Of a DNA stretch of 64,000 nucleotides, positions 11,001-20,604 are shown one piece after another. Within the stretch, counting starts at the first letter, position 1. Every line of letters begins with the position of its first letter. A program made the position numbers and the translations under genes. Source of the stretch: Limnochordia bacterium (GTDB lineage Bacteria > Bacillota > Limnochordia > DTU080); assembly GCA_050951545.1 (NCBI GenBank), contig JBMNJG010000007.1, forward strand, positions 160,001 to 224,000, given 5' to 3'. The notes under the pieces are model-generated. The model was not told the origin of the DNA. It made no database searches and saw only the letters and a program-made list of their open reading frames with translations.

Positions 11001-11476
11001 GGAAACTTAAGTTCATATACGGGTGAATCGGGGCGGAACACTTGCGGTAGCATTTTCGCGGCAAAACGACCCGCCAGCTCCCAACCGTTGTCTGCCCCCT
11101 CATCTCTTGCTAACTCATGGCACTCCTCGAGGGAGATGGGGACCGGTTGCTCCGGGTCCGGATACATCAGTAAGTCGTTTTCAGCCAGAAAGCGGGCAAA
11201 CAACATGCGATGCCAGTGTTGATAAGCCACCTCTTCGATCAATCGATCCATGTCCTGGGTCTGATTCTCGGCATTCCTCTTGTCCCCGAGATGTCGCCCA
11301 TACGCGCGTAGCCTCTGACGCAGGCTTTTTTCTTCGTGCGTCAAGTGCTCGAAGGGTCTGGCCTCGCCCACACCCAATTGCTCCAGAGCAATACGCGCGG
11401 CACGTTCTGCCACCTCGCGCGCATCTTTCGCCGTCTGTTCCAGTTGGTTTCTTAAGTGCCTATCTAACGGCTGCAT
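8084..11476 (-). CDS. pglX: BREX adenine-specific DNA methyltransferase PglX
   Basis: TQLFTEPYMV, SAM motif DPCCGSGHF, catalytic TNVPY, C-terminal DLNDGVRLNIRPF; start ATG 11476 after GAGGTGGGG. Confidence 0.95.
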   Translation of the reverse strand: MQPLDRHLRNQLEQTAKDAREVAERAARIALEQLGVGEARPFEHLTHEEKSLRQRLRAYGRHLGDKRNAENQTQDMDRLIEEVAYQHWHRMLFARFLAENDLLMYPDPEQPVPISLEECHELARDEGADNGWELAGRFAAKMLPQVFRPDSPVYELKFPLEYQLELENLVTQLKPEVFTASDSLGWVYQFWQAKRKDEVNASEVKIGARELPAVTQLFTEPYMVGFLLDNALGAWWAARRLTDNDLKGAANEDELRKKAAIPGVPLEYLRFVQDEEGAWRPAAGTFDDWPKEPKNLKVMDPCCGSGHFLVAALLMLTPMRMHLEGLSAPEAVDAVLRENLHGLELDKRCVELAAFTLALTAWRYPRADGYRTLPDLHIACSGLTVSAQKEEWLSLAEGEPEAQNALEELHGLFQNAPVLGSLIDPQRVQKTLFTEDYQHVAELLEAALNNGHSEELYEAGVVAHGLARAASLLAGKYHWIITNVPYLTRGKQDDILRSFCDENHAAAKGDLANVFLERCLAFLVPGGTTSIVMPQNWLFLTSYEKFRKKLLRNDTWHMVARLGPGAFETITGEVVMAILLTMGKGEAPEEHMLCGLDVSEPRIADEKAVQLLDTEIKQVEQAAQLDNPDARVVLEETAALPLLSRCAAGVHGFGSKDAPRFFRQYWEISSFGVDWQFLQTTVKETTHWSGLEQIVFWQKGRGVLAELGRQGLAIPAGGAAWGKTGVAISQMRALPVARYQGAIFDKNVAVILPHNPAHLPAIWCYCSSPEYNEAVRQIDQSLKVTNASLVKVPFDLDYWTEVAEEKYPNGLPKPYSDDPTQWIFHGHPAQSEAPLQVAVARLLGYRWPAELDPEMELSDEARAWIKRSETLLPYADQDGIVCIPSLRGESSAADRLLDVLAAAYADDWSTDRLARLLADADCADQTLETWLRDKFFAQHCRLFQNRPFIWHIWDGLQDGFAALVNYHRLDRKGLESLVYTYLGEWIGRQREAVANGIDGAEEKLIAAEELKRSLELILAGEAPYDIFVRWKPLEQQPIGWEPDLNDGVRLNIRPFMTVPDVRLKGAGVLRSRPNIKWGKDRGKDVPSAPWYHVFAGDRVNDYHLTLKAKHQARRQVGQEGSRGCPSRANT

Positions 11477-11495
11477 TGTCTTTCCCCACCTCAGA

Positions 11496-14400
11496 CTAAC
11501 TGACTGACACCGGACCATTCTCGAGTCCTGCAGCTAATTGCTCCCGAGCATCGGCCAGCCACTGTTCCAGGTCTGCTTCCGTTCGCAACGTGCGTCTAGC
11601 TATGTGGACGAATTGCACCTCGGGCTCGAGTAGCTTAGCAGCGCTGGCCATGGTCTCCTGGAACCGCGCTGGCAACGCCGCAATACGCGTGCGAAACATC
11701 TCGAGTGAGACGCGTTCAAGGGTAGCGAGCACCTCGTCCACCGAACCGACTTGGACCGTCGGACGGGCTGCTTCATCCAGTCGGTGTTTCTTCAGCAGGC
11801 CGTTGCGTTTTGGTTCATCAAGTGTCTGCCAGTTACTGTCAGCAGCGAGAAGTCGTAGGCCCTCGTCATACCGAGCCGCGAAGCACTGATTGAGGCGATT
11901 CAACTCGTCACGCAGAAGTTGGGTGAGTTGCTGCACCAAGGGCGTCACCGGATCCGGATCAATCAGCAATTGGCGTTGAGTTCTGATGTACTCGGCTTGG
12001 TCCACTAGATGTTGCGCGGCATCAAGGTCTTCTGCATGGGCCAGCAGCCTGTGCAACGTCTGCCAAGCAGGCTGGCGCCGGTTGATCTTGTCGGCTAGCG
12101 CTTTCCACGTGTCAATAGACCCAGCTAATTCGTCGTGGTGCTCGTCTAGGAGCACTAACTGCTCATTGCCCGCCTTGAGGCGCAATTCGTCCAATAGCCT
12201 CGTATCAGGCCGGACAGGTAGAGGTGGTTCGCCTCCGGCTTGATTGGCCAACGACTGCAGCACATCTAGGAACTCGGGAACAACGTCTGGTTCATCACCC
12301 GTTTGAACGCTAACCCGTATCCCTGCTCTCTGGAGCAACCTGCGAACGGTTACACGCTGTGCCGTCGTGACCGTAATGTGTTCAGTCTGGAAGGTGGCCC
12401 TACCGAAGGTTCTGCGGTCCAGCGTGTTGTGATCCAGGGGCCGACGATGTTCATCACTGACGCGAACTAACCTAGCCGCCAAAAGGGCGTAGACCGCACC
12501 GTCCACCGCATCGCCTTCCCAGCCATATGGCGGCTTCTCAAAGTGACCTCGAACCTCGGCTCCGGTCTTGCCGCGTCCTATGTAGCTAAGCACGGTCTTA
12601 CACACAGGATGCGTCGCCACATCACCATCGTATCCGACCCGTTTCAGCGCATCCGGTGCTCCCTCCCGGGCTGCGCTATACACCCGGCCCCAGTTATGGC
12701 TATCTGCCATCCGAAACTCGGGATACAGCCTCTGTACTGAATGATTGGCGGCTTCATGAATCGTGGTGGTCAGATCGCTATCGACGACCGGGTTGCCGCC
12801 TCCTTGAAACACTCGAGCCTCGCGAAATGCTTCATCAAGCAGGTTCCCGATCTTCGTTTCGGCGTTGTCCAATCTCGTTTCCATCGCCCGGCGCGCTTCC
12901 TTACCCTCAGGCGTGTCTGGATTTCCACGTTTCTCGAGCGTCGCAGAAGCAGCCTTATATTCGGTCAAGGCATTGTTCAATTCATCCACTGCCCGATTCG
13001 GGATGAACACAAAGATGGTCGGCGAGTTGCTCCCGGCTTGTCTGGCATCCGCTCTGACGGAGTTTTCCGTCGTATCCCAACCGTCACGGACCCAAACATA
13101 GATTTTCTCATCGGCGTCTGCCGGCAACTGAGAGCCAAAAGCCGGCGTGATGCGCCGCACCGCCTTTGAATCGCCTTGCCTCACAATGATTCTACTGACG
13201 ATGTCGCGAAAAACCGCTTGCAGGCACTCGGTCCGCTCAGCCACAATGTGATGCCGATTGGTCCTTAGCGCCGATATTTCGGCCATAAAGTCATCATTCC
13301 AAGCGGCACTCTCTTCCGTCTGGATACGATACTCATCGTCAACCTTCATCAACAGGTTCGTTTCATCTAGCAACCGCGGAAGTTTGCTGCGTAGACCACT
13401 TGAACCGCTCGCGAGATCCTCTACTAAGAGGTCTGCCAGAGTATCTACCGTAGCTTTTATCCCTATTTCCTTATTGCTGTCTGCAAGCTTATTGATAAGA
13501 AACACCAAGCCACACGCTCGGGCTAACAGATGCTCGTCCTCATTGTCACTTTGCATCCAACGTCTCGTCTCTTCGTGCAAGCGTCTTGTAAGGGCTCGAG
13601 TCTGGAGCAGGCGGTCCGCAGCGTCAAAGAAAAGGTAGTCCGCGGCAATCACATGTCCGAGAGGCTGATCCACGTTTGTTTGGATCACTTTGTGGACCAA
13701 ACTCAGTTGGTTTCGCAATTGACTATCCGTGCCTGTGCGGTCTAGGGCCCGGAGCGCGTTCTCCCAAAACCGCCGGCGCGTGGGGAGCAAGGGGTAGTCC
13801 TGACTAAAAAACTGCCTGTCGGCGTTGCGGTGCGCAATGGCTGTGCCTGTGAGATGCCGGGAGATCTCGCCGACATTCTGCTGCAGTACTTGCTCCAAGG
13901 GTTCTTTGGCTTCGGGTTTCTTGGTAAGCACCACTTGACGCAGTACAGTATCGACATCTGCGTCAGATAGCTCGACTCGGACTCTAAACCGTCCTTCGAG
14001 ACGACGCAAGTCCGTCTCACCTGTAATCCCGGTTTGGCCCGTTCCAATGAACAGCAAACGGCCACCAAAGCTCTTGCAACAGGTCTCAACGGCCTCTTGG
14101 ACATAGTGGGCACGCTCTGAGTCCTTGCCAATATATTGCTGCACTTCGTCCAAGACAACCAAAGTCAGTGGGAACCTACCCTCTCGACTCAAAGCCTGCC
14201 GCATCGTCTGAACCATATCGTCGTTCGACACGTCATCGACGCTTGGGTACAGGTTATTCAGAGAATCAATACACGCCTGGGGCGACGGAAAGATGCTTGG
14301 CCTAACCGTCTGTAAAGCTTCATGCAAAAGCTCGGCTACGTACAGGTTATCCAGCTCGTAGCTCCAATCTTCGCCACTACTTTCAACGTGGCTGCGAACT

Positions 14401-14942
14401 GCGTCATAGAGCCCTTCTTGTTTGAGCCACATGGCGAAGCGAGCCAGAGGATACTTCCTTGGCAGGCCGACGGACCCGAATATGACCTCAAGTAGAGCGA
14501 GTCGCACACTTCCTTTGGCGCTTGACCCCAACGTTCCCGAAGCAGCATGAAGTCCGCCGCGCCGTGTGCCTTCGATCGATAGCTCACGCAACAAGTCACG
14601 GACATGCGGAGGTAAGGTGACAATTCCTCTGGCGGTGGCCCCATCCGGGAACTGGGTATCAGCCCACAAAGCACTTAGCATCTTGACCAAGTGCGATTTT
14701 CCCGAGCCATAGAATCCGCTCACCCATACTCCGGGCTGATCGGCCTGGTCAATGTTTTTGAGGTACGTCTCAAGGATGTGGGCCATACCTTTCTCGTATT
14801 GGCCATCACAGACGAAGGTCTCGAGCTCGTAGCGAAGGATTTCAAGTGCTTCGTCACTCGTGTCATTGCCTACTCTGGCGACACCTTCGTTTTTCAACTT
14901 CCACTGCAATGGATCGCGCAGATAGATGTCACGGTTCCTCAT
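11496..14942 (-). CDS. brxC: BREX P-loop ATPase BrxC
   Basis: 1148 aa; Walker A GFYGSGKS, Walker B LVVLDEVQQY, PPYGW motif; position in operon. Confidence 0.95.
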   Translation of the reverse strand: MRNRDIYLRDPLQWKLKNEGVARVGNDTSDEALEILRYELETFVCDGQYEKGMAHILETYLKNIDQADQPGVWVSGFYGSGKSHLVKMLSALWADTQFPDGATARGIVTLPPHVRDLLRELSIEGTRRGGLHAASGTLGSSAKGSVRLALLEVIFGSVGLPRKYPLARFAMWLKQEGLYDAVRSHVESSGEDWSYELDNLYVAELLHEALQTVRPSIFPSPQACIDSLNNLYPSVDDVSNDDMVQTMRQALSREGRFPLTLVVLDEVQQYIGKDSERAHYVQEAVETCCKSFGGRLLFIGTGQTGITGETDLRRLEGRFRVRVELSDADVDTVLRQVVLTKKPEAKEPLEQVLQQNVGEISRHLTGTAIAHRNADRQFFSQDYPLLPTRRRFWENALRALDRTGTDSQLRNQLSLVHKVIQTNVDQPLGHVIAADYLFFDAADRLLQTRALTRRLHEETRRWMQSDNEDEHLLARACGLVFLINKLADSNKEIGIKATVDTLADLLVEDLASGSSGLRSKLPRLLDETNLLMKVDDEYRIQTEESAAWNDDFMAEISALRTNRHHIVAERTECLQAVFRDIVSRIIVRQGDSKAVRRITPAFGSQLPADADEKIYVWVRDGWDTTENSVRADARQAGSNSPTIFVFIPNRAVDELNNALTEYKAASATLEKRGNPDTPEGKEARRAMETRLDNAETKIGNLLDEAFREARVFQGGGNPVVDSDLTTTIHEAANHSVQRLYPEFRMADSHNWGRVYSAAREGAPDALKRVGYDGDVATHPVCKTVLSYIGRGKTGAEVRGHFEKPPYGWEGDAVDGAVYALLAARLVRVSDEHRRPLDHNTLDRRTFGRATFQTEHITVTTAQRVTVRRLLQRAGIRVSVQTGDEPDVVPEFLDVLQSLANQAGGEPPLPVRPDTRLLDELRLKAGNEQLVLLDEHHDELAGSIDTWKALADKINRRQPAWQTLHRLLAHAEDLDAAQHLVDQAEYIRTQRQLLIDPDPVTPLVQQLTQLLRDELNRLNQCFAARYDEGLRLLAADSNWQTLDEPKRNGLLKKHRLDEAARPTVQVGSVDEVLATLERVSLEMFRTRIAALPARFQETMASAAKLLEPEVQFVHIARRTLRTEADLEQWLADAREQLAAGLENGPVSVS

Positions 14943-14999
14943 GCCACCCGACTCCTCCCATAGCCTAAGCTGTCCATTGGCCGATCTTCAGAAAAGCGG

Positions 15000-15551
15000 C
15001 TAGATCTCGTCTCCGCCAGTGATCGGAGTCGCTAGGTAGTTCCAACCATCGTAAGCGTTGAGTAATCGGTAGTTGTTCGCTTCACAGCTGCCTGGAAAAA
15101 ACACCACCAGACGTCCGCTAAACATAGGCGCCAGTCGGTCCGCAAGTTCGCTCACGCGCAGCAGACCGAAAATCGTGCCCACCCCATGCAGGGCGACTAC
15201 CGTATCGCTATCTACCGCGTGCTCCTGTAAGAAGGTCGCGAATCGTTCCTCGATAAAGCCCAAATACCGGGGCAACAGCGTGTCCAGCAAATCGGGCCGC
15301 TTATAGTAGCTGTTGGCATACCGTTGCGCCACAAGCCATTCTGGGAAGGTGTCTGTGAGGTCGAACAAGTGCCATCGGTGTCCTGCATTGTGCGTTGCGA
15401 TCCCAAACTCGTGAATGGCAAGACGTAGCCGGCGTTCGTCTTGTTCACGATACACGCAGAAAATGACTCGCAGCGGTGGCGCTACCTCTTCGCGCCAAGG
15501 CACGGCGATGTAGTTTACATATGATCTTTGAAGCCGCCTAAGCCTGCTCAC
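15000..15551 (-). CDS. brxB: BREX protein BrxB (DUF1788)
   Basis: 183 aa; GRLVVFFPG ... YRLLNAYDGWNYLA; between brxA-like gene and brxC. Confidence 0.85.
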   Translation of the reverse strand: MSRLRRLQRSYVNYIAVPWREEVAPPLRVIFCVYREQDERRLRLAIHEFGIATHNAGHRWHLFDLTDTFPEWLVAQRYANSYYKRPDLLDTLLPRYLGFIEERFATFLQEHAVDSDTVVALHGVGTIFGLLRVSELADRLAPMFSGRLVVFFPGSCEANNYRLLNAYDGWNYLATPITGGDEI

Positions 15552-16332
15552 GGACCCACTCCGTCTCTTGTTCCGTCAGCAGCCTCGGAAACAATACTTC
15601 GACCACCTTTCCGATGCGGTTGACGATTATCCATCCACTTCGGGCCGCCTCTTCAGCACGTGCCACGACTTGTTCGACACTACTATCAAGGAGCTTAGCG
15701 TATTCACTCTCGAAGAGCGCGATGCCGCGCAGCCCCTGAAGATAGCCTAGAAGCAATGCGTACGCTGCCGACCCCGGCGTAGCGCTTGCCTTTATCCGAA
15801 CCTTGTTCCTGCGGCCTTGAAGGTGACCCGATTGCGTCCAGGTCGAGCTCAACCTACTTACGATGGCTTCTAGCGTGCACTTGCTATAGCGCCCCGGCTC
15901 CGGTTCGTCGGTATATGATTCGAAGCTCGCTTTCGACAAGACCTCACCCTCGGGCATGCTAAGAACAAAGCCCGCTGAATTGCGCAGGATGGCGTCTCGG
16001 GCATAGGCACACAAAAACGCGATAAGCGGGCGCCCGGCTTCGTCCCGATCCCAAAAGAAGCGTAAGGCGCGGAACAACACTTCATCCGGGTTCAGGGAGT
16101 ATAGCTGAACTAGATAGGTGAAGGTCATTCTCCGATTCGCACTTGAACGTTTATCCAGGCAGTTGTTCTCGATAATTGCTCGACGGTAGTCTGTCGTCGA
16201 AGACGCGGGTTCGTTTACATACATTAACAAAGTGGAAAGCTCTTTTAGCATCATGGTGCGACGCGCGTGAGTTCCGCCCCGACCGAAGCGGAATCCAAAC
16301 TGACGCAGATTGGCGGGTCGAGAATTCTGCAC
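15538..16332 (-). CDS. brxA: BrxA-like protein (first gene of BREX cassette)
   Basis: GGTHARRTMMLKEL, STWTQSGHL, AYALLLGY; overlaps brxB start; assignment partly by position. Confidence 0.75.
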   Translation of the reverse strand: MQNSRPANLRQFGFRFGRGGTHARRTMMLKELSTLLMYVNEPASSTTDYRRAIIENNCLDKRSSANRRMTFTYLVQLYSLNPDEVLFRALRFFWDRDEAGRPLIAFLCAYARDAILRNSAGFVLSMPEGEVLSKASFESYTDEPEPGRYSKCTLEAIVSRLSSTWTQSGHLQGRRNKVRIKASATPGSAAYALLLGYLQGLRGIALFESEYAKLLDSSVEQVVARAEEAARSGWIIVNRIGKVVEVLFPRLLTEQETEWVREQA

Positions 16333-16424
16333 GTATGAGCCCCCCAGGCATGCGAACAGCCTAAATAACCTATATTAGCGACGGCCACATGCAACTCCTG
16401 CGAGCGACACGATTCCCAGGCACA

Positions 16425-16454
16425 AGAGGCGGCACCATGTACGGTACCGCCTCT
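16425..16454 (-). terminator. Hairpin separating the M14 gene from the BREX cassette
   Basis: AGAGGCGG...CCGCCTCT inverted repeat followed by TTGT on the minus strand. Confidence 0.55.
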
Positions 16455-16481
16455 CTAGACTACCTCGGTTGGCGTAACGTC

Positions 16482-17345
16482 TTAGCGCATACCGAGCTTC
16501 TTGAGCATGGCGTCAAGTGCTGCCTTGTGTTCAGCTGCGCGTTTGGCCAGTGTCTGCTTCTTTGATGTCTCCACAATCATTCCTTTGCAGCCCAGTCTGA
16601 TGGAGACCGCCCTGGCGAGGCTGCCCGCCGTAGGATAGCGCAGCACGCTGAACACGTGCTTCGGGTTGGAGACCAGCGCGCTGGCGGCTTTGGCCATGGC
16701 TTTGGCCATAGGGGCTGCGCTGGCGACTGGGTAGTAGATGACCGTCTGCCCCACCGACTTCTTGTTGATCTTGTGGAAGTCGTAGCCTTCGTGCATATCC
16801 ACAAGCCATGTGGGGCGGTATTTGACCATCAGACTCCAGATGCCTCGGGCCAGGTAGTTCCTGGCGGCGTCGGTCTTGGTGCGAGGGAACGCACGGTTCA
16901 GGTCGCCTAGGCTGCTGGTGCGAGTGCCAGCTCTCACAGCAGGGCGGTTGGCCTCAGGAATGACGATAAGCCGTCCCTTTTTGACGGCTAGGTCTTTGGC
17001 TGTCCAGGCGGCTTTATATCCAGCCTTCTCGTTGCCGTGGACGCCGCCAGTCACGACGACTGTGGGACCTTTGACTCCACTGTTGTAGATGTAGTAAGGG
17101 GTCTGATGCTTGGTTCCTTTGGCGATCCAGCCTTTCACAAGACCGGCGCCAAGAACCTCAGAATCCTCCGGCGGCCAAGCGACCTCGGGTTCCCAAGGGC
17201 CAGTGGCAAAGGTACTCCAGCCCATCTCGACGGGTGAGGCGCCGACCAGCTGAGACGCCTGACCGATTAGGATGATGGCTATCACTACGGCTGCTGCGAT
17301 GAGAGTGCGATGATTGCTGCAATGATATCTGTCTCGTGTTATCAT
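16482..17345 (-). CDS. Exported succinylglutamate desuccinylase/aspartoacylase (M14) family zinc hydrolase
   Basis: Hydrophobic N-terminal segment; GGVHGNE, DLNRAFP, VDMHEG; start ATG 17345 after AAGAGGAG. Confidence 0.85.
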   Translation of the reverse strand: MITRDRYHCSNHRTLIAAAVVIAIILIGQASQLVGASPVEMGWSTFATGPWEPEVAWPPEDSEVLGAGLVKGWIAKGTKHQTPYYIYNSGVKGPTVVVTGGVHGNEKAGYKAAWTAKDLAVKKGRLIVIPEANRPAVRAGTRTSSLGDLNRAFPRTKTDAARNYLARGIWSLMVKYRPTWLVDMHEGYDFHKINKKSVGQTVIYYPVASAAPMAKAMAKAASALVSNPKHVFSVLRYPTAGSLARAVSIRLGCKGMIVETSKKQTLAKRAAEHKAALDAMLKKLGMR

Positions 17346-17535
17346 GAATCTCCTCTTTTCTTTTCCCATCCACTGCTGGTCTTGTCGGTAGATGTGGGTG
17401 GGTTAGGCTGTGCTGCGAGACTTTGTTGCAGGGAAGGCCTGAGCCTGCCGGGAAGTGTCGGTTAGCCAGGTAGGTCCTGCCACTTGCATGGGAGCTGTCG
17501 ATGGTGTAAGCTGGGAATCGAAAACTGAATAAATG

Positions 17536-17685
17536 CCAACCAGGTGCGATAATAGGGAATCAGGTGCAAGTCCTGAACGGTCCCGCCACTGTAACCGGGG
17601 AGTACGCGGTGTCACCACTGTCAAACGATGGGAAGGTCGCCGCAGACGTGTTGTGATCCGGAAGTCAGGAGACCTGCCTGGTTGG
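17536..17685 (+). ncRNA. Cobalamin (B12) riboswitch
   Basis: AATAGGGAA, CGGTCCCGCCACTGT, TGGGAAGG, B12 box AAGTCAGGAGACCTGCC; P1 CCAACCAGG/CCTGGTTGG; upstream of a corrinoid transporter and cobD. Confidence 0.97.
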
Positions 17686-17753
17686 ATGTACCGTGATCCT
17701 TCGGAGCAAAGGTGGGTACTCTGGTTTGCGCTTGTACTGTTGCACGCGCTTAT

Positions 17754-17787
17754 AACCCGATCTCCTTTCTCGGAGTTCGGGTTTTTT
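17754..17787 (+). terminator. Riboswitch expression-platform terminator
   Basis: AACCCGA-TCTCC...GGAG-TTCGGG stem followed by TTTTTT, in the leader before ATG 17821. Confidence 0.85.
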
Positions 17788-17820
17788 GGTATCTATACGA
17801 GGCATATGGGTTGTGACGAG

Positions 17821-18663
17821 ATGGGCGTAAAGATTCGTGTTGACTCGCTGAGCTTCTTGTATGGTACGCAGAGTGTCTTTTCCAATGTCTCTTTGGCAGT
17901 TGAGCCAGGTTCTTTCACGGGGGTAGTAGGACCGAACGGGGCTGGCAAGACGACTCTTCTGAAGTGCTTGGCTGGTCTCCTACGTCCGTCAAGTGGTCGA
18001 GTCAGGTTGGGCGATGATGAGGTCTCATCGCTGTCGAGGGAGGCTATGGCCAGAATTGTGGCAGTGGTGCCTCAGGACAACCAAGTCCGGTTCGATTTCA
18101 CGGTTGAGGAGTTCGTCATGCTTGGACGGCTTCCGCATCATCAGAGGGTGACACGTGAGACGAGGCATGATCGAGAGGTGGTAGCCAGGGCCATCACTTT
18201 GACTGGTATGGAAGCCTTCGCCTGCCGGTCTGTAGTAGCCCTGAGCGGAGGAGAAAGACAGCGCGCGGCTATATCGCGCGCCTTGGCCCAGGAGCCGAAA
18301 GTGTTGCTGTTGGACGAACCCACGTCGCACTTGGATATTGGGCATCAAGTGGACGTTCTGGATCTTGTTCACGGAATGTGCGCAGACCAGGGCGTGACAG
18401 TGGTTGGGGTCTTTCACGACCTCAATCTGGCGTCGATGTACTGTGACCAGATCATAATGATGGCGGATGGTACAGCCCGGCTGCATGGGACACCCCGAAA
18501 GGTGCTCACTCAACGTAATGTCGAGGCTATTTACGGTGATCGAGTGGTCGTAGACCAGCATCCGGTCTGTGGCGTCCCGCTCGTGGTGCCTGTGTCGGGC
18601 GGCGCCGCGAACCGGAGTGCATTGAGACAAGAGAATAGTGAAAGGGAGGATATGAATGCGTAA
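17821..18663 (+). CDS. btuD: Cobalamin/iron-chelate ABC transporter ATP-binding protein
   Basis: GPNGAGKT, LSGGERQR, LLLDEPT; the ORF-track N-terminal extension runs through the riboswitch and is rejected. Confidence 0.9.
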   Translation: MGVKIRVDSLSFLYGTQSVFSNVSLAVEPGSFTGVVGPNGAGKTTLLKCLAGLLRPSSGRVRLGDDEVSSLSREAMARIVAVVPQDNQVRFDFTVEEFVMLGRLPHHQRVTRETRHDREVVARAITLTGMEAFACRSVVALSGGERQRAAISRALAQEPKVLLLDEPTSHLDIGHQVDVLDLVHGMCADQGVTVVGVFHDLNLASMYCDQIIMMADGTARLHGTPRKVLTQRNVEAIYGDRVVVDQHPVCGVPLVVPVSGGAANRSALRQENSEREDMNA

Positions 18664-19576
18664 ACGACATGCTCTGTTGGTTCTTTCTGTTCTAGTCTTG
18701 TTGTCTCTAGTGGAAAGTGTAGGCCATGCAGCTGGCCAGTACCCCATCACCGTTTCTGATGACATGGGGCGCAAGGTGACGTTTGCCACTCGACCCGAGC
18801 GCTTGGTGTCCTTGGCACCGAGTTGGACTGAGATCCTGTTTGCTTTAGGTGTGGAAGATCGACTGGTTGGGGTAACCACGTTCTGTGACTATCCTGCGGC
18901 TGCTACAAGAAAGCAAAAGGTGGGTGGCTTTTCCGATCCTAACATCGAGCTTATCGTCGCCCTCAAGGCCGACGTGGTCTTTGGCACGACGATGCACCAC
19001 AAAATCGTCCCGGAGTTGGAGCGTAGGGGAATCAGATTCGTTTGCCAGAATGCGGCTTCCGTCGAAAACGTGATGGGGAATATCAGAGTGGCTGGAATGG
19101 TAGCTGGAGTCCCGGAAAAGGCCAAAGAGGTCAATCGAAGCATTGAGAAGGCCGTCACAGAGGTGCGAAATACCTGGGCCTCATCGTCGTTACCCCAGGC
19201 CGGGAAGCGAAAAGTGCTTTACTTGGTGTGGGACGAACCTGTTATGAGCGTTGGTCCGAAGACCTTGATCAGTGACATGCTGTCTATTGCTGGGGGAATC
19301 AGTATCACGAAAGATGCCACCACCGACTATCCCTCCTACAGTCTCGAGGCGATTCTGGCTGCCAATCCGGATGCGGTGCTGGCTCCCAAGATTCACGGGG
19401 GTGGTGGGCTCGATCCTCAGGCCCTCAAGGCCCAGCCAGGTTGGAGGGCTCTGAATGCCGTCAGGCAGGGCAATGTGCGGCTTGTGGACGACAACCTCGT
19501 TTCTCGACCAGGACCTCGGGTAGGCGAAGGAGTTCTTGAGATGGCCAAAGCGATCTACCCTGAGCTATTCAAGTAG
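18656..19576 (+). CDS. btuF: Cobalamin-binding protein (BtuF-like)
   Basis: Signal peptide; RLVSLAPSWTEILFALG, VGVTTFCDYP, SRPGPR; riboswitch context. Confidence 0.9.
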   Translation: MRKRHALLVLSVLVLLSLVESVGHAAGQYPITVSDDMGRKVTFATRPERLVSLAPSWTEILFALGVEDRLVGVTTFCDYPAAATRKQKVGGFSDPNIELIVALKADVVFGTTMHHKIVPELERRGIRFVCQNAASVENVMGNIRVAGMVAGVPEKAKEVNRSIEKAVTEVRNTWASSSLPQAGKRKVLYLVWDEPVMSVGPKTLISDMLSIAGGISITKDATTDYPSYSLEAILAANPDAVLAPKIHGGGGLDPQALKAQPGWRALNAVRQGNVRLVDDNLVSRPGPRVGEGVLEMAKAIYPELFK

Positions 19577-19590
19577 AGGGTGATAGCAGA

Positions 19591-20604
19591 GTGCGGGATA
19601 GGTTGAGCATGCTCCTGTGTGGTGGCCTCATAGTGGCGCTGGCAGCTACGGTGCTCCTGTCGTTAGGTACTGGGGCGGTGAAAATATCAGCGAGAGAGAT
19701 TCTGGGCGTGTTATGGAACCAGTCCCAGAGCTCGGAGATATCCGCAGAGATCATCCTGCGCATCCGGCTGCCCCGGATTGTGCTCGCAGCATTGGTCGGT
19801 TGTGCTCTGGCGTTGTCGGGGACCGTATACCAGGGCCTGTTTCGGAATCCTATGGCAGACCCGTATGTGATTGGAGCATCGGCCGGTGCTTCTTTGGGGG
19901 CTACCGTGGCCATGGTCCTTCCTGCAGGCTCTCACTTGTTGGGGCTGAGTACGATTCCGCTCTTTGCTTTTGCGGGTTCGCTGGCTACTGTACTCCTGGT
20001 CTTTAACCTGGCACGTACAGCCCAGCGAACCCCTGTTATCAACCTCATCTTGGCAGGAGTGGCTGTGAGCTCAGTGCTGTCGGCTGTGGTCTCACTGCTT
20101 ATGTTCCTGATGCCCCAGGAGGGCCTGCACGGTCTTGTCTTCTGGTTGATGGGTGGCTTCTCGGGCCGCAGCTGGAACCATGTGGTGGCCATTGCTCCTC
20201 ACTGTGCAGTGGGATTGGTGGTAGTTGTGGCTCATGCGAGGCAGCTCAATGCGTTTCTGCTTGGTGAGGAAGAGGCTATGAGTCTGGGTGTAGATGTGCA
20301 AAAAACCACAAGGCGGCTCGTGGCGGCAGCATCCTTGCTCACGGCTGCTTCAGTGGCTGCGGGCGGGATTATCGCCTTTGCGGGCTTGGTAGTGCCTCAC
20401 CTGGTGAGGCTGATCGTGGGTCCCGATCACCGACGCCTTATCCCCAACGCTTGTCTGTTGGGGGCGGTCTTCATGCTTCTTGCCGATACCTTGGCTCGCT
20501 CTGTGATTCCGCCCAGGGAGTTGCCGGTGGGCATCATCACTTCGCTTACGGGAGGTCCGTTTTTCATCCACTTGCTTCGCAGACACAGGCCCAGGGAATG
20601 GTGA
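19591..20604 (+). CDS. btuC: FecCD/BtuC family ABC permease
   Basis: IRLPRI, QGLFRNPMADPY, GEEEAMSLGV, ELPVGII. Confidence 0.92.
   Translation: MRDRLSMLLCGGLIVALAATVLLSLGTGAVKISAREILGVLWNQSQSSEISAEIILRIRLPRIVLAALVGCALALSGTVYQGLFRNPMADPYVIGASAGASLGATVAMVLPAGSHLLGLSTIPLFAFAGSLATVLLVFNLARTAQRTPVINLILAGVAVSSVLSAVVSLLMFLMPQEGLHGLVFWLMGGFSGRSWNHVVAIAPHCAVGLVVVVAHARQLNAFLLGEEEAMSLGVDVQKTTRRLVAAASLLTAASVAAGGIIAFAGLVVPHLVRLIVGPDHRRLIPNACLLGAVFMLLADTLARSVIPPRELPVGIITSLTGGPFFIHLLRRHRPREW

Noticed and set aside
2760-16420. BREX cassette as a defined mobile element
   Set aside because: No integrase, transposase, tRNA target or flanking direct repeats found by eye
17533-17820. 96-aa N-terminal extension of the ABC ATPase in the ORF track
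   Set aside because: It spans the cobalamin riboswitch and terminator; ATG 17821 gives a normal-length protein
18025-18879. Long antisense ORFs (also 33091-33825, 38535-39284, 46843-47499)
   Set aside because: Shadow ORFs opposite well-supported genes in GC-rich DNA; no motifs or RBS
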